From NCBI GenBank assembly GCA_903832875.1, contig CAILDA010000008.1, positions 4,012-68,011 on the forward strand: a DNA stretch of 64,000 nt, read 5' to 3'. The stretch's first letter is position 1, and each line of letters starts with the position of its first letter. The notes below the pieces were generated by a model. That model did not search any database, was not told the origin of the DNA, and saw only the letters and a program-made list of their open reading frames with translations. Shown piece after piece: positions 9,943 through 22,236 of this stretch. A program made the translations under genes and the position numbers. Source of the DNA: an uncultured Micrococcales bacterium (GTDB lineage Bacteria; Actinomycetota; Actinomycetes; Actinomycetales; Microbacteriaceae).

Positions 9943-10702
9943 CCGGTAGGAATTTGACTGCCAAAGAGTCAACTAGTTCAACAAAACGCTCGGAAGCACC
10001 AAGCTGCTCGAACAGTTGACCTTCAATACCCTTTAGTTCAAGCTCTGATAACCCAGGCTGAAGATAAACCACCAACAGTAGCTCCTGTCCGCTGAGCCTT
10101 GCTGTTGGGTCCCCGCAAACCAAAGTGAAACTCTCTACTTCAGGAATCTGTTCAACACTTTGATTAATTAGTTCAACGACTTCAGGGTTACGTTCTGGAG
10201 GAAGCCAATCAAAGCCTTGAGCGATAGCTGCAATAGCTGGACGTCTAATTACTAATTCCGTTTCACTCAACGGATCTAAAACAATTCGAGTATTACCTTC
10301 GCTGGCAGCTGCCAGACAAACTTTTCTGCCATCGTTTGGCACAGGTCTCGCTTCAGGATTCCACTTTGTCATTGCTGCAACAGAACTGAATACCGGTAAC
10401 GCTTTTTGATGATCTGGAGTCAGCACCGTCACGATAGCAAGTTCAGCACTCTTATCAACTTGTTGACCGTGAGCACCAACACCTGATTCACCAAGTTCTG
10501 CAACTAGAGGAATCAAAAATCTAGCTGTTGCAAATGCCTCATAAACTTTTTCTAAACCAACAGCTCCGGTTTGAAAATTAGCGATTGCTTCCAAAAGTTT
10601 TTCATCAGCTAAACCACTGTCACCGCTAAAACGATTTGCGTCGAATGATCTACCTTCCCATGGAACACCAGCCGAGTCAGATAACTTATCGTGATCAGAC
10701 AT
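9935..10702 (-). CDS. SseB family protein
   Basis: DSAGVPWEGR N-terminus, LPVFSS...WNPEARPVP; typical neighbour of priA. Confidence 0.8.
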   Translation of the reverse strand: MSDHDKLSDSAGVPWEGRSFDANRFSGDSGLADEKLLEAIANFQTGAVGLEKVYEAFATARFLIPLVAELGESGVGAHGQQVDKSAELAIVTVLTPDHQKALPVFSSVAAMTKWNPEARPVPNDGRKVCLAAASEGNTRIVLDPLSETELVIRRPAIAAIAQGFDWLPPERNPEVVELINQSVEQIPEVESFTLVCGDPTARLSGQELLLVVYLQPGLSELELKGIEGQLFEQLGASERFVELVDSLAVKFLPVS

Positions 10703-10704
10703 TT

Positions 10705-11433
10705 TTAGCCAGCAACTTCAAGAGCTTCTTGCAGTGTGAACTTACCTGCATAGAGTGACTTACCGAGAATTGCACCTTCTAGACCTAGCGGAACAAGTTT
10801 TCTTAGTTCTTCTAAATCTTTCAAAGAAGAAATACCACCTGATGCAATAACCGGCTTATCGGTGTGCTCCATCACTTGCTTGAGCATCTCAATATTTGGT
10901 CCAAGTAACATTCCATCTTTTGTGACATCTGTCACAACATAACGAGGACAGCCCGCTTCTTCTAATCTGGCAAGCACTTCAAAAAGATCGCCGCCATCTT
11001 GGGTCCAACCTCTTGCAGCCAAAGTGGTGCCGCGAACATCTAAACCAACGGCAATCTTGTCGCCATACTTAGCAATAACTTCAGCAGTCCAATCTGGATT
11101 TTCTAGTGCGGCTGTGCCAAGGTTCACTCTTCTTGCCCCTGCAGCTAGCGCTGTTTCTAAAGATTCGGTATCTCTAATGCCGCCAGAGAGCTCAATGTTT
11201 ATGCCACGACTTTGGGCAACTACCTCAGCAATGATTGCTCTGTTGTCACCTCTGGAAAAAGCAGCGTCCAGATCAACTAGATGAATCCATTCCGCACCTG
11301 CATCAATAAATGTTTGAGCAGCTTCGATAGGAGAACCGTAATCTGTTTCGCTACCAGCAACACCCTGGCTGAGTCTGACGGCCTTACCATCAGCCACATC
11401 AACTGCTGGAAGTAAAACAAGTTTGTCGTTCAA
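10705..11433 (-). CDS. priA: Bifunctional HisA/TrpF isomerase PriA
   Basis: [28 protein letters not shown] and ASGG motifs; TTG start. Confidence 0.93.
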   Translation of the reverse strand: MNDKLVLLPAVDVADGKAVRLSQGVAGSETDYGSPIEAAQTFIDAGAEWIHLVDLDAAFSRGDNRAIIAEVVAQSRGINIELSGGIRDTESLETALAAGARRVNLGTAALENPDWTAEVIAKYGDKIAVGLDVRGTTLAARGWTQDGGDLFEVLARLEEAGCPRYVVTDVTKDGMLLGPNIEMLKQVMEHTDKPVIASGGISSLKDLEELRKLVPLGLEGAILGKSLYAGKFTLQEALEVAG

Positions 11434-11449
11434 GATCAGGTTCCTTTGT

Positions 11450-12082
11450 TTATAAAGTCTTTAGCCAGTTAGAGAGCAATCGCAAACCAGCGTCACCAGA
11501 TTTCTCTGGATGAAATTGTGTTGCTGATAGTGGACCATTCTCCACTGCTGCTACAAATCTAGAACTATACTCAGCCCAAGTCACCTTAGGTTTATCAAAA
11601 GGCGATGAATCTTCCAATTCAAATTCTGGAGCGCCATAAGAATGCACGAAATAAAACTGCTGATCGGCAACTCCTTCAAACAACACTGAACCTAAAGGTG
11701 CTTGCACGTCATTCCAACCTATGTGCGGGAGTGTCTCAGATTCAAGTTTGGTAACTCGACCAGGCCATTGACCTAACCCCTCAGTTTCTAAATCATGCTC
11801 AGTTCCAACATCAAACATCACCTGCAAACCGACACAGATTCCTAGTACTGCTTTGCCGGCAGAGAGTCTCTGATCAATCATGCTAGGTGCGCCAACTCTA
11901 ACCAGTTGCTCCATGACAGCTGCAAATGCACCAACACCAGGGACAACTAAGCCATCGGCTGCTAGCACTTCAGCTCTATCTGAACTAAGAACAGCTTCAG
12001 CGCCGACTTCTTTTAGAGCGTTTAGGACAGAGTGAACATTGCCACTGCCATAATCCAGAACAACTACTTTAGGTTGGGTCAC
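11450..12082 (-). CDS. hisH: Imidazole glycerol phosphate synthase glutamine amidotransferase subunit
   Basis: DYGSGN, PGVGAF, GICVG, FVHSY and QFHPEKS motifs. Confidence 0.97.
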   Translation of the reverse strand: MTQPKVVVLDYGSGNVHSVLNALKEVGAEAVLSSDRAEVLAADGLVVPGVGAFAAVMEQLVRVGAPSMIDQRLSAGKAVLGICVGLQVMFDVGTEHDLETEGLGQWPGRVTKLESETLPHIGWNDVQAPLGSVLFEGVADQQFYFVHSYGAPEFELEDSSPFDKPKVTWAEYSSRFVAAVENGPLSATQFHPEKSGDAGLRLLSNWLKTL

Positions 12083-12678
12083 AAAGTGCCCTTAGTTGAT
12101 GGAACTCCAACTGCACGAGGATCTTGCTCAACTGCTTTTCTTAGTGCTCTAGCAAAAGCTTTGAATTCAGTTTCAGCAATGTGGTGTGGGTCTCTGCCAT
12201 CAAGAACGCTGATGTGAACAGTGATGTCTGCGTTCAAACAAATTGCTTCAAATACGTGACGCACAAGGGAACCGGTGAAGTGTCCGCCGATAGCGTGCAG
12301 TTCAAAACCAGCAGGTTCTCCTGTGTGCGAAAGAAAAGGCCTGCCAGAAAGATCAACCACTGCTCTAACCAGAGCGTCATCCAACGGAACGGTTGCATCG
12401 CCAAATCTTGAAATTGAATTCTTATCGCCAAGGGCTTGCTTCAAAGCAAGACCCAAAACAATTGCGGTGTCTTCGACAGTGTGGTGAATGTCAATGTCGG
12501 TATCTCCTGATGATTCGATGTTCAAATCAATCATTGAGTGCTTTGAGAAAGCAGTTAGCAGGTGATCAAAGAAAGGAACAGTCGTGTTAATAGAAGATGT
12601 TCCGGTTCCATCAAGGTTCAAGGACAGCTTGACTGAAGACTCACTGGTCTTTCTTTCGATTGATGCGGTGCGGCTCAT
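12079..12678 (-). CDS. hisB: Imidazoleglycerol-phosphate dehydratase
   Basis: [18 protein letters not shown] and PSTKG motifs. Confidence 0.97.
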   Translation of the reverse strand: MSRTASIERKTSESSVKLSLNLDGTGTSSINTTVPFFDHLLTAFSKHSMIDLNIESSGDTDIDIHHTVEDTAIVLGLALKQALGDKNSISRFGDATVPLDDALVRAVVDLSGRPFLSHTGEPAGFELHAIGGHFTGSLVRHVFEAICLNADITVHISVLDGRDPHHIAETEFKAFARALRKAVEQDPRAVGVPSTKGTL

Positions 12679-12746
12679 CGGGTTTGCCTTTCAAGCAATT
12701 TATTGGTGGGTGGCTGCCGACGCTGGCAATAAGAGCAATTCTACTT

Positions 12747-13820
12747 CTAAGACAATATTTCGGTAATAGCTTGAATAACGGCAGTAGTTTCCGCCTCAGT
12801 TCCTGCCGTTATTCTCAAGGTGTTTGGGATTCCAACATTGCGAACCAATATCCCTCTGTCCAATAAAGCTTGCCAAGTCTGCTCTGGGTTAGCTATCCCG
12901 CCGACCAAAATGAAGTTCGCGTCACTGCGGTATGGATCAAGCCCCATGTCCTGCAATGCGACATACAGTCTGTCTCTTTGATCTCTAATGTCAGCAACGG
13001 TGGCAAGCATCCTTGCACTGTGACTTAGGGCAGCTTCAGCAGCTGCCTGGGTAAGAGCGCTTAGGTGATAAGGCAAACGAACCAAACGCATAGCATCGCA
13101 AACCGCAGGGTTAGCTGCTAGGTAACCCACTCTCGCACCAGCGAAAGAGAAGGCCTTAGACATGGTTCGGCTAATCAGAAGTCGTTCTCTGCCAGACAGC
13201 AGACTAAGTGCGCTATTTTCATTCAACGAGAATTCTGCATAAGCCTCATCGATAACCAAAACACCTTCGGTTGCTTCGTAAGCAGCTTCAATAACAGCTA
13301 ACTCGACAGGGGTGCCAGTTGGGTTATTAGGTGAACAGATAATCACGATATCTGGCTTGTGCTTATTGATTGCAGCAACTACAAAATCAACAGACAGTTC
13401 ATACCTGTGCTCACGTTCAACTTCGATGTATTTAGTATCGGTTGATTGAGCAATCAATGAATACATGCTGTATGTCGGGGTGAACGAAAGTGCGGTTCTG
13501 CCTGGACCACCAAAAGCCATAAAGATTTGTTGCAGAACTTCGTTAGATCCATTAGCGGCCCACAAATTTTCAGCAGTGAGTGAATGACCCAAATAATTAG
13601 CTAGCGATTCACGCAAAGCAGTGAATTCGCGATCTGGATAACGGTTTATTTCTCGGAGTGATTGCGCCAGTCTAGAGATTATGTCGATGAGGATATCTTC
13701 AGAAATTTCGTGAGTGTTCTCATTCACGTTCAGCGCGACTGGAACATGCAACTGAGGAGCTCCGTAAGGAGTGCGGCCTTTCAGGCTCTCTCTTATCGGC
13801 AAGTCATTTAGCTCAGTCAT
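12747..13820 (-). CDS. hisC: Histidinol-phosphate aminotransferase
   Basis: LNVNEN, NGSNE, SPNNPTG, DEAYAEF and RTMSKAFSFAGARVG motifs. Confidence 0.96.
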   Translation of the reverse strand: MTELNDLPIRESLKGRTPYGAPQLHVPVALNVNENTHEISEDILIDIISRLAQSLREINRYPDREFTALRESLANYLGHSLTAENLWAANGSNEVLQQIFMAFGGPGRTALSFTPTYSMYSLIAQSTDTKYIEVEREHRYELSVDFVVAAINKHKPDIVIICSPNNPTGTPVELAVIEAAYEATEGVLVIDEAYAEFSLNENSALSLLSGRERLLISRTMSKAFSFAGARVGYLAANPAVCDAMRLVRLPYHLSALTQAAAEAALSHSARMLATVADIRDQRDRLYVALQDMGLDPYRSDANFILVGGIANPEQTWQALLDRGILVRNVGIPNTLRITAGTEAETTAVIQAITEILS

Positions 13821-13854
13821 TAGTTAAGGTTACTAAGGCCAGAGACCTAAATGC

Positions 13855-14274
13855 TCAGTTCTGAGGAAGTGCCAGTCTCATTCCTGCAGGAACAACGCTG
13901 TCGGTCAAGTTGTTAAGCGAAATAACCTTAGCGATGAAATCCTGAGGGTCTTGGTTCGCTCCGTACAGTTCTGCGATGGTCCAAAGGCTTTGGCCACTCA
14001 TCACAGTTACATATTCGAACTTGGTGGTCTGTGCTGAGTTTCCTTGGCTATTTGCCTGAGCAGACTGAAGAAGTGAACCTTGGCCAGAAAACAACCAGAA
14101 GACAGTCATCGCTACCAACAACCAGCCGACTATAGATCTGGCGATACGCACTGAAGTGCGAAGTTCGCTTTGCGGCAAAGCCCGAGCTTGGCGAACTCCA
14201 GGTGCTCGGTTAGCGCTTTGAGCCTGAGCTGGTCTGACTCTGTGCATTGGAAACTCGATAATCTGAGCTGACAT
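13855..14274 (-). CDS. Membrane-anchored LysM protein, probable SOS cell-division inhibitor (YneA/ChiZ/DivS-like)
   Basis: One TM helix plus C-terminal LysM (VTVMSGQSLWTIA...LNNL). Divergent from lexA with SOS boxes directly upstream. Start ATG 14274 follows GAAAGG. Confidence 0.8.
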   Translation of the reverse strand: MSAQIIEFPMHRVRPAQAQSANRAPGVRQARALPQSELRTSVRIARSIVGWLLVAMTVFWLFSGQGSLLQSAQANSQGNSAQTTKFEYVTVMSGQSLWTIAELYGANQDPQDFIAKVISLNNLTDSVVPAGMRLALPQN

Positions 14275-14287
14275 GATGGACCTTTCT

Positions 14288-14375
14288 TCGAACATTTGTT
14301 CTAATACGAACAAGATTACGACCAATTTCACTAAAAAGTCAAGAATATTTGTCTTTTTTCCGAAAATGTGTTTGA
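14288..14375. promoter_or_regulatory. LexA (SOS box) cluster
   Basis: TCGAAC-ATTT-GTTCTA (14288-14303), ACGAAC-AAGA-TTACGA (14306-14321) and CCGAAA-ATGT-GTTTGA (14360-14375), compared with the actinobacterial consensus TCGAAC-N4-GTTCGA. Confidence 0.85.
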
Positions 14376-14485
14376 TTATTCGCAAGAAATCTAATACATT
14401 TTGAAGTAGTTGGCTTATTAGTTATCTAATAGCCAACCTCTGACAAAGCTTCCTGGGCTTAGATCTAGGGCTAGAAAGGCACATT

Positions 14486-15145
14486 ATGACCCGCAAGAGC
14501 AGCGACGCCCTGACTGACACTCAGGCAGCAATCCTTCAAGCAATCATGCAAAGCAAGGCCAATCGAGGCATAGTTCCCTCTATGCGAGAGATTGCCGAGG
14601 CAGTAGGGCTAAATTCTGTGGCCAGCGTGTCGTATCAGCTAGACAACTTAGAACAGAAGGGTTACATCCGCAGGGAAGATAACCTCTCGAGAAATACCGA
14701 AGTCCTAATCACCCCAGAAGGTTGGGAAGACTCAGTTACCAGCCCAGCTGACAACTTGATTCCGATGGCAGCGACAGCCATGGTGCCACTCGTTGGTCAA
14801 ATTGCCGCCGGTATTCCTATTACTGCTGATCAGAATGTGGAAGAGATTTACCCGCTTCCTCGCACCTTGGTTGGTTCTGGAGAACTATTCATGTTGAAGG
14901 TCAAAGGTGACTCAATGCAGGATGCTGCAATCTGTGATGGCGACTGGGTTGTTATCCGTAAACAAAACAATGCTGAAAATGGTGACATTGTTGCTGCAGA
15001 ACTAGATGGCGAAGCAACAGTCAAAGCTTTCAAACAGCGCGATGGCAAAACTTGGTTACTGCCTCGAAACAGTGCCTATGAGCCTATTGATGGAACCCAT
15101 GCAACAATCATGGGCAAAGTTGTAACTGTTCTTCGCAAGGTCTAA
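14486..15145 (+). CDS. lexA: SOS repressor LexA
   Basis: PSMREIA wHTH, IAAG cleavage site, GDSM catalytic Ser, ATVK catalytic Lys. Confidence 0.97.
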   Translation: MTRKSSDALTDTQAAILQAIMQSKANRGIVPSMREIAEAVGLNSVASVSYQLDNLEQKGYIRREDNLSRNTEVLITPEGWEDSVTSPADNLIPMAATAMVPLVGQIAAGIPITADQNVEEIYPLPRTLVGSGELFMLKVKGDSMQDAAICDGDWVVIRKQNNAENGDIVAAELDGEATVKAFKQRDGKTWLLPRNSAYEPIDGTHATIMGKVVTVLRKV

Positions 15146-16647
15146 ACGTTAAACGGCTGTAATTCTGCAGCTATATCAGGACGCACTAAAGCTTCCACGT
15201 AGGTACCAGTTTCCTGGTATTCAATTTTCTTGATTTCTGAATTCAAATGCATTCTCGAAACAAGGTCTCCCCTGTTGTATGGAACTAAAACCTTTACAGC
15301 AACATTAGGGCGAGGTAATCGATCTGAAATGGCTTTCTGTAGTTCTTCAAAACCTTCACCAGATCTTGAAGAGACAAAGATTGACTTAGGTTCAAGACCT
15401 CTGAGAGCTAGCAATGTAGTTTCATCAACTAAATCAATCTTGTTGAAAACAATCAGCTCATCAATACCTCGAGCACCTAGCTCCCCTACTACCTGTCGAA
15501 CCGTTGCTATTTGAGCACCTGGGTCAACATGCGAAGCATCAACAACATGGACAATCAAATCGCTATCTGAAATCTCTTCGAGTGTTGATCTAAATGCCTC
15601 CACCAATTGATGTGGGAGGTTTCTAACAAAGCCAACTGTGTCAGCAATGGTGTATTCGCGTCCATCTGGAGATTTAGTCTGTCTGACGGTTGGATCCAGA
15701 GTTGCGAACAAAGCATTTTGAACTAGAACACCAGCTGAAGTAAGCCTGTTGAGCAAAGATGACTTACCAGCATTGGTATAACCAGCAATAGCAACCGATG
15801 GAATCTGATTGCGCTTGCGATTAGCTCTTTTAGTTTCGCGAGCAGGCTTCATAGCAGCAATCTGCTTACGAAGTTTCGACATGCGAATGTTGATTCTTCT
15901 TCTATCTAGCTCAATCTTGGTTTCACCTGGACCGCGTGAACCTATACCTTCACCGCCAGCTGCTCGACCACCAGCTTGACGGGACATAGATTCACCCCAA
16001 CCGCGAAGACGAGGAAGTAAATATTCCAGCTGAGCTAACTCAACTTGAGCTTTACCTTCTCGGCTTTTAGCGTGTTGGGCGAAGATCTCCAGAATGATGG
16101 CAGTTCGGTCGATGACTTTCACCTTCACCACATCTTCAAGTGCTCTTCGCTGGGAAGGAGCAAGCTCTGTATCAGCGATAACTGTGTCAGCCCCAATCTC
16201 CTTGACCATTTCCATGAGTTCTATTGCTTTACCTTTGCCCAAGAAGGTAGCTGGATCAGGGTGATAACGCCTCTGTAAGAGTCCATCCAATACTTCAGCT
16301 CCTGCTGTTTCAGCAAGAGCAGCTAGCTCCCTCAGCGAGTTCTCGGCATCCTGCAGTGTGTTCTCACCCCAGATACCAATCAGAACAACTCGTTCAAGTT
16401 GGAGTTCACGATACTCGACTTCACTGATGTCCTGCATCTGGGTGGAAAGCCCTGGCACTCTCTTTAGAGCTGCGCGGTCAGCTAGATCCTGTTGGTCACC
16501 ATCAAACTCATTAGGTTTTTCGTCTGGAACTCCAAGGGCTTGGGCCCTGAGGTCACGGCGAAGAATTCGGTCAATAGTGGCATCGTTGGCGGGGATATCC
16601 GAATCGGCCGCCAGCTCTGCCTCAGCATCAAATTCATTTGTATTCAT
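15142..16647 (-). CDS. hflX: GTPase HflX
   Basis: [33 protein letters not shown] and NKID motifs. Confidence 0.97.
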   Translation of the reverse strand: MNTNEFDAEAELAADSDIPANDATIDRILRRDLRAQALGVPDEKPNEFDGDQQDLADRAALKRVPGLSTQMQDISEVEYRELQLERVVLIGIWGENTLQDAENSLRELAALAETAGAEVLDGLLQRRYHPDPATFLGKGKAIELMEMVKEIGADTVIADTELAPSQRRALEDVVKVKVIDRTAIILEIFAQHAKSREGKAQVELAQLEYLLPRLRGWGESMSRQAGGRAAGGEGIGSRGPGETKIELDRRRINIRMSKLRKQIAAMKPARETKRANRKRNQIPSVAIAGYTNAGKSSLLNRLTSAGVLVQNALFATLDPTVRQTKSPDGREYTIADTVGFVRNLPHQLVEAFRSTLEEISDSDLIVHVVDASHVDPGAQIATVRQVVGELGARGIDELIVFNKIDLVDETTLLALRGLEPKSIFVSSRSGEGFEELQKAISDRLPRPNVAVKVLVPYNRGDLVSRMHLNSEIKKIEYQETGTYVEALVRPDIAAELQPFNV

Positions 16648-16688
16648 TTCGTAAATAAGACTAGCCCCGAAGGAGTAATGTGTGAATC

Positions 16689-17297
16689 GTGCCTTCCAAT
16701 CACTACTTCTCTGAGACCCCTGAGGGTGAACTTATCCCCAGAGAGATAAGCATTACCCTAGGTGGCAATAAGGTCACTGTAATAACTGCTGGAGGCGTCT
16801 TTAGCCCAGAACATATTGATCAAGGCACACAAGTTTTACTAACCCACCTTGCTAGCGCTAAACCATCTGGAGTATTTCTGGATGTTGGTTGTGGCTGGGG
16901 ACCAATCGCACTTGCACTGGCAACCCAATCCCCTAAAGCAACTGTCTATGCCATTGATGTGAACGATCGCTGTCTTGAACTAACCAGACTAAATGCACAA
17001 AAGCTTGGTTTAGAAAACATTATTGTTTGCAAACCTGAAGAAATTCCAGCGGATATTCTCTTCGATGAGATTTGGTCAAATCCACCTATCCGAGTTGGTA
17101 AAGAAGTGCTTCACGAGATTCTGACACTATGGCTGAACAAATTAAACAAATCTTCAGTTGCCCGATTAGTAGTGCAAAAGAACTTAGGTTCGGATTCATT
17201 GCAAAAATGGTTAACTGCAGAATTACCCGATGACTTTGAAACAACCAGAGTAGATTCGGCTAAAAGTTTTAGAGTGCTGAAAGTGATCCGAAACTAA
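16689..17297 (+). CDS. Class I SAM-dependent methyltransferase (RsmC-like small domain)
   Basis: GVFS...[14 protein letters not shown] and SNPPIR motifs. Confidence 0.88.
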   Translation: MPSNHYFSETPEGELIPREISITLGGNKVTVITAGGVFSPEHIDQGTQVLLTHLASAKPSGVFLDVGCGWGPIALALATQSPKATVYAIDVNDRCLELTRLNAQKLGLENIIVCKPEEIPADILFDEIWSNPPIRVGKEVLHEILTLWLNKLNKSSVARLVVQKNLGSDSLQKWLTAELPDDFETTRVDSAKSFRVLKVIRN

Positions 17298-18169
17298 ATT
17301 TCTATTTCGCCTTCAAAGCTAAGTTCAGCTGGTCCACTCAGACCAATGTGTTCGCCTTCTTCAGTTGCAAACATGCGAACCCCTAATGTTCCACCAGGAA
17401 CTTCAACACTCCACTGATTAGGTGCATCTGCACCTGCCCACAATCTTGTGGCTAGCGCTGCTGCGACTATTCCTGTTCCACAAGAGAGCGTCTCCCCTAC
17501 CCCTCGTTCAAAAACTCTCATGGAGATGCGACCGACTCCATTGACCACAAGTGGCTCAGCTGGAACAACAAATTCAACATTTGTCCCGGTTGTTGGCTTT
17601 GGTTCAACAGCAGGTTCCTTAGCTAGATCCAATAAAGCAAGTTCTTCAAGGGATGCCAGTGCGACAACAACGTGTGGGTTACCAACGTTTATACCTTGAC
17701 CTGGTCTTGCAACATCAAGTCCGCGGGCTTTTACTAAGAAATCTTCTGATTCGGGACGCCATCTGCCCATATCAACCGCGAAACCAGCTTTATTTCTCTG
17801 AATGTCACGAACGCCAGCTCTAGTTCCAATGTGTAACACCTGACCATCTGGAAGATTTACTAAACCTTTTTCAGTTAGGAATCGAGCAAAGACTCTAACC
17901 CCGTTGCCACACATCTCGGCTATGGATCCATCAGCATTACGGTAATCCATGAACCAGAAAGCTGAAGACTCTTCAGTCAAACTGGCTTGACCCTCAGCTA
18001 TTAAAGAAGAAGGAACAACGCGGATAAGACCATCGGCACCAACCCCAAAATTGCGATTACAGATCTTGGCTACCTGTTCTGTCGATAAATCCAAAGTTCC
18101 AGACTCATCCAAGACGAGCACGAAGTCATTACCTGTGCCCTGGCCTTTGGTGAAGGAAACTTTTGTCAT
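17294..18169 (-). CDS. dapF: Diaminopimelate epimerase
   Basis: [23 protein letters not shown] and [13 protein letters not shown] motifs. Confidence 0.97.
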   Translation of the reverse strand: MTKVSFTKGQGTGNDFVLVLDESGTLDLSTEQVAKICNRNFGVGADGLIRVVPSSLIAEGQASLTEESSAFWFMDYRNADGSIAEMCGNGVRVFARFLTEKGLVNLPDGQVLHIGTRAGVRDIQRNKAGFAVDMGRWRPESEDFLVKARGLDVARPGQGINVGNPHVVVALASLEELALLDLAKEPAVEPKPTTGTNVEFVVPAEPLVVNGVGRISMRVFERGVGETLSCGTGIVAAALATRLWAGADAPNQWSVEVPGGTLGVRMFATEEGEHIGLSGPAELSFEGEIEI

Positions 18170-18178
18170 AATCAAAGC

Positions 18179-19129
18179 CTACTTTGACTCAAGATTCAGT
18201 TGGGAAATTACAAGATCCAAAACATCTGACCGAAGTGATTCACTTTGATAATCAAACCAATTTATTCGCGGGTCCCTGCGGAACCAAGACATCTGTCTTC
18301 TGGAATAACGCTGAGTCAACATGGTGGTTTCGGCAACAGCTTCCGATTCAGTCATCTTTCCATCTAACTGAGCTAAAGCTTGTGCGTAACCGATAGCTTG
18401 GCTGGCCGTCTTTGAGTCACGGATTCCTGAATCAACCAACCCAGCTACCTCTTGAACCAATCCCTTAGCCCACATTCCCTCAACTCTTCTAGCTAAGCGC
18501 TCAACCAGATGCTCTCTTGCAGAGTTCAAGCCAATTTCAAGAACTGGAAGGAATGACTCAAGTTCTTCAGGAAGTGCCGCGGCAAAAGGTTCGCCGGTTA
18601 TCATCACTATCTCAAGAGCACGAACAATTCTGCGGCCATTCTGCGGCTCGATTCGACTTGCAGCTACTTCATCTAAAAGAGTTAGCTTGGCGTGCATGGC
18701 TAATGGACCTAGGTCAACGAGTTGCTGCTCGAGTTCTGCTCTGAGAGCTTCATCTCTACCTGGGAATTCAAAAGTGTTTAGTAACGCGGCAACATAAAGC
18801 ATCGAACCACCAACAACAATTGGTAGCACACAAGATTCAATTAGGTCTGAGATTTTCTGTCTTGCAATTACTTGGTAATTTGCAGCAGTACTCTCCTGCT
18901 TGATCTCAAGCCAATCCAAAAGATGATGTTCGATGCCTCCACGTTCAGCCAATGGCAACTTCGCAGTTCCAATATTCATTCCTTTATAGAACTGCATCGA
19001 ATCAGCATTGACTATTTCAGCTTTCACCCCGAACTGCGCTAACTGCTGAGCCAAGAAGATACCTAGATCGCTCTTACCAGTTCCGGTAGGGCCAACTATG
19101 CAGATAAAGGACGGTGTGACTGATTCCAT
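18179..19129 (-). CDS. miaA: tRNA dimethylallyltransferase
   Basis: GPTGTGKS, DSMQFY, IGTAK and RRQMSWF motifs. Confidence 0.97.
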   Translation of the reverse strand: MESVTPSFICIVGPTGTGKSDLGIFLAQQLAQFGVKAEIVNADSMQFYKGMNIGTAKLPLAERGGIEHHLLDWLEIKQESTAANYQVIARQKISDLIESCVLPIVVGGSMLYVAALLNTFEFPGRDEALRAELEQQLVDLGPLAMHAKLTLLDEVAASRIEPQNGRRIVRALEIVMITGEPFAAALPEELESFLPVLEIGLNSAREHLVERLARRVEGMWAKGLVQEVAGLVDSGIRDSKTASQAIGYAQALAQLDGKMTESEAVAETTMLTQRYSRRQMSWFRRDPRINWFDYQSESLRSDVLDLVISQLNLESK

Positions 19130-19137
19130 TTCTGGAA

Positions 19138-20607
19138 CTACTTCACTGAGACGTTGAGATCGATTGTTCCCTTTTTCTTTGCACCAGAAACAACTGGGAC
19201 ATCACAACTATCCGCAAGAGCTTCAAAAGCATCCCCTGCACGAGTGCGTTTTACTTCAGGAACGTCATCAGTTTTTGCAATCAGGAAATATGGTTTCGCT
19301 TCGATAACCGTTGCCCACACCAAGTCCCCCGGTCTTGGTTCTAATAATTCTGTCGGCCAGTCAATGTGAATTAATCGAGCATCTCTGGCTCTGCCAGTAA
19401 GACGCTTAGTCCTGTCATCTTTGCGACCCTCATTATTACCAATTAGAACTTCAACACGTTTACCTATTTGTTTCTTGTTCTCATCCCAAGCCATGTCATT
19501 GACTACAGTAAGCAGCCGTTCATACCGTTCCTGAACTACTTCCTTGGGAAGTTGATCAGGTAGATCAGCTGCTGGAGTGCCAGGTCGCTTTGAGTATTGG
19601 AATGTGTAAGTAATTGCAAATTTTGATTCACGAACTACTCGAAGAGTCTCTTGGAAGTCTTCTTCTGTCTCTGAGGGGAACCCAACAATGATGTCTGTTG
19701 AAATAGCCGCATCTGGAATGGCAGTACGGACCCTGTCGAGAATTCCTAAATACTTCTCACTGCGGTAACTTCTGCGCATCTCTTTCAGGATTCTGTCGCT
19801 TCCCGACTGCAGCGGCATATGTAGCTGAGGCATTACGTTGTGAGTTTCTGCCATTGCAGCAATAACATCATCTGTGAAAGCCGCTGGATGAGGGCTAGTG
19901 AATCTGACTCGTTCTAATCCTTCAATTTCTCCACACGCTCTCAAAAGCTTTGCGAAAGCACCCTTCTCGCCGAACTCAACTCCATAGGTGTTTACGTTCT
20001 GACCCAAAAGAGTAATCTCAATAACTCCCTGATCGACCAGTGCCTTTATCTCAGCAAGAATTTCGCCTGGTCTCCGGTCACGTTCTTTACCTCGCAAGCT
20101 CGGAACAATACAGAAAGTGCAGGTGTTATTGCAGCCAACGCTTATCGATACCCAGGCAGCATAAGTCGAGTCTCGCTTAGTCGGAAGATCACTCGGGAAA
20201 GTTTCAAGCGCTTCAAGAATCTCAATTTGCGCTTCATCGTTATGTCTTGCTCTATCTAATAACGCTGGCAAGGAACCAATATTGTTTGTGCCAAAAACGA
20301 CATCCACCCAAGGCGCTTTAGAAACAATGACGTCTCGGTCTTTCTGAGCGAGGCAACCACCGACGGCAATCTGAAAGTCAGGGTTCTCAAGTTTGCGTTC
20401 ATACAACTGCCCTAGGTTGCCATAAAGCTTGTTGTCCGCGTTTTCGCGAACAGCACAGGTATTGAATACCAATACATCTGCATCGACCCCAGCTAATGCC
20501 GGCACATAGCCAGCGTCCTCGAGTAGGCCTGACAACCGCTCACTGTCGTGAACATTCATCTGACAGCCGAAGGTCTTTACCTCGTAGCTGCGTGTCTTGG
20601 TGGTCAT
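19138..20607 (-). CDS. miaB: tRNA-i6A37 methylthiotransferase
   Basis: [19 protein letters not shown], radical [15 protein letters not shown] domain. Start ATG 20607 (leaderless-type). Confidence 0.97.
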   Translation of the reverse strand: MTTKTRSYEVKTFGCQMNVHDSERLSGLLEDAGYVPALAGVDADVLVFNTCAVRENADNKLYGNLGQLYERKLENPDFQIAVGGCLAQKDRDVIVSKAPWVDVVFGTNNIGSLPALLDRARHNDEAQIEILEALETFPSDLPTKRDSTYAAWVSISVGCNNTCTFCIVPSLRGKERDRRPGEILAEIKALVDQGVIEITLLGQNVNTYGVEFGEKGAFAKLLRACGEIEGLERVRFTSPHPAAFTDDVIAAMAETHNVMPQLHMPLQSGSDRILKEMRRSYRSEKYLGILDRVRTAIPDAAISTDIIVGFPSETEEDFQETLRVVRESKFAITYTFQYSKRPGTPAADLPDQLPKEVVQERYERLLTVVNDMAWDENKKQIGKRVEVLIGNNEGRKDDRTKRLTGRARDARLIHIDWPTELLEPRPGDLVWATVIEAKPYFLIAKTDDVPEVKRTRAGDAFEALADSCDVPVVSGAKKKGTIDLNVSVK

Positions 20608-20635
20608 TGCACCAATTTTAGCCAACTAGACCTAA

Positions 20636-21175
20636 TTAGGTCAGTTGTTCAGTCGCATAGCGCACTGCGGCCCAAACCACAGGGCTTGAATAACCTTTGC
20701 GAGATAAGAAGCCGGCAAGCCTTCTCTGTCTAACATCAGGCTCAAGCTTTAGAAGTTGACGCATTCTCTTCTCTGCTATTGACTTAGCGGCTTCAAGCTC
20801 AGAATCCTGATCTATGTCAGTAAGAGCCGCATCTATTGCTTCTCTGGGCAGCCCTTTTTCGGCAAGTTCTCGCGCAATGACGGATTTGGCCTTAGCCTTC
20901 CGGGTGACCGCAAGTTCAACGAGGTCTCTTGCCAATGCGAAGTCATCGATTAGAGACACTTCAATGAAACGAGTGATAACCTGATCGACAATTTCTCTTG
21001 GAAACTCTTTCGCTATCAAGGCCGTCCTGAGTGCACTAGAAGATTTACCTCCTCGAGCAATCATTTTCAGGAGAGCTTGACGAACTTCCTCTTCTAAGGA
21101 GTCGACAGACTTCAAAGAATATTTAGAAACGTTCCCTGACTCTGCAGCTTCTTTTAGAATCTGCTCGATATCCAT
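20636..21175 (-). CDS. recX: Regulatory protein RecX
   Basis: Directly downstream of recA; helical repeats, LIDDFALA and FLSRKGYS. Confidence 0.9.
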   Translation of the reverse strand: MDIEQILKEAAESGNVSKYSLKSVDSLEEEVRQALLKMIARGGKSSSALRTALIAKEFPREIVDQVITRFIEVSLIDDFALARDLVELAVTRKAKAKSVIARELAEKGLPREAIDAALTDIDQDSELEAAKSIAEKRMRQLLKLEPDVRQRRLAGFLSRKGYSSPVVWAAVRYATEQLT

Positions 21176-21177
21176 AA

Positions 21178-22236
21178 CTAGTCGTTTACAGCTTTAAGTT
21201 CTGTGGTTTCTTCGACAGGAAGATCAGCAACTGCTCGTGGCACGCCAATTCCAAGCTTTGTCTTTATCTTCTGCTCGATTTCATTAGCTACTGCAGGGTT
21301 TTCGATCAAGTAGTTTCTTGAATTCTCTTTACCTTGGCCAAGCTGTTCACCTTCGTAGGTATACCAAGCGCCAGATTTCTTGACGATCTCTTGTTCAACT
21401 CCAAAATCAAGCAAGCTTCCTTCGCGGGAAATACCTACTCCATAAATAATGTCGAATTCAGCCTGTTTGAAAGGAGGTGCCATCTTGTTCTTGACAACCT
21501 TCACGCGAGTTCGGTTACCGACTGCTTCCTGGCCATCCTTAAGAGTTTCGATGCGTCTAACATCTAGACGAACGGAGGCATAGAACTTCAGAGCTTTTCC
21601 TCCTGCAGTCGTTTCAGGAGATCCAAAGAAGACCCCAATCTTTTCACGCAACTGGTTGATGAAGATCGCCGTGGTCTTGGTGTTGCTTAGAACACCGGTT
21701 AGCTTGCGCAATGCCTGAGACATTAAACGAGCCTGCAGACCCATGTGTGAGTCTCCCATTTCACCTTCGATTTCAGCTCTAGGTACTAAAGCTGCAACAG
21801 AGTCGATAACGATGATGTCAATCGATCCTGAACGAATCAATGTGTCAGCAATTTCTAAAGCTTGCTCACCTGTGTCAGGTTGGCTAACTAGCAAAGCATC
21901 TATGTCAACGCCGAGCGCTTTTGCGTACTCAGGGTCCAGAGCGTGTTCTGCGTCGATGAAGACCGCTATACCTCCGGCTTTTTGACAATTGGCAATTGCG
22001 TGAAGTGCAACTGTGGTCTTACCTGAAGATTCAGGTCCATAAATCTCTACGATTCGCCCCTTAGGGAAACCGCCAATGCCCAAGGCAACATCCAATGCTA
22101 TGGATCCGCTTGGGATAACTTCAACTGGAGCTCGTTCATCCGAGCCAAGTCTCATTACTGAGCCTTTTCCGAATTGCTTGTCGATTTGTGCGAGCGCAGT
22201 GTCTAGCGCTTTGTCGCGATCTGATGCTGATGGCAT
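21178..22236 (-). CDS. recA: Recombinase A (no intein)
   Basis: [26 protein letters not shown] and [10 protein letters not shown] motifs. Confidence 0.99.
   Translation of the reverse strand: MPSASDRDKALDTALAQIDKQFGKGSVMRLGSDERAPVEVIPSGSIALDVALGIGGFPKGRIVEIYGPESSGKTTVALHAIANCQKAGGIAVFIDAEHALDPEYAKALGVDIDALLVSQPDTGEQALEIADTLIRSGSIDIIVIDSVAALVPRAEIEGEMGDSHMGLQARLMSQALRKLTGVLSNTKTTAIFINQLREKIGVFFGSPETTAGGKALKFYASVRLDVRRIETLKDGQEAVGNRTRVKVVKNKMAPPFKQAEFDIIYGVGISREGSLLDFGVEQEIVKKSGAWYTYEGEQLGQGKENSRNYLIENPAVANEIEQKIKTKLGIGVPRAVADLPVEETTELKAVND

Noticed and set aside
12747-13854. Absence of hisD upstream of hisC
   Set aside because: his genes are commonly split over several loci in this group; cannot be judged from one window
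14275-14385. N-terminal extension of the LysM protein
   Set aside because: Runs through the SOS boxes and promoter; the SD supports ATG 14274
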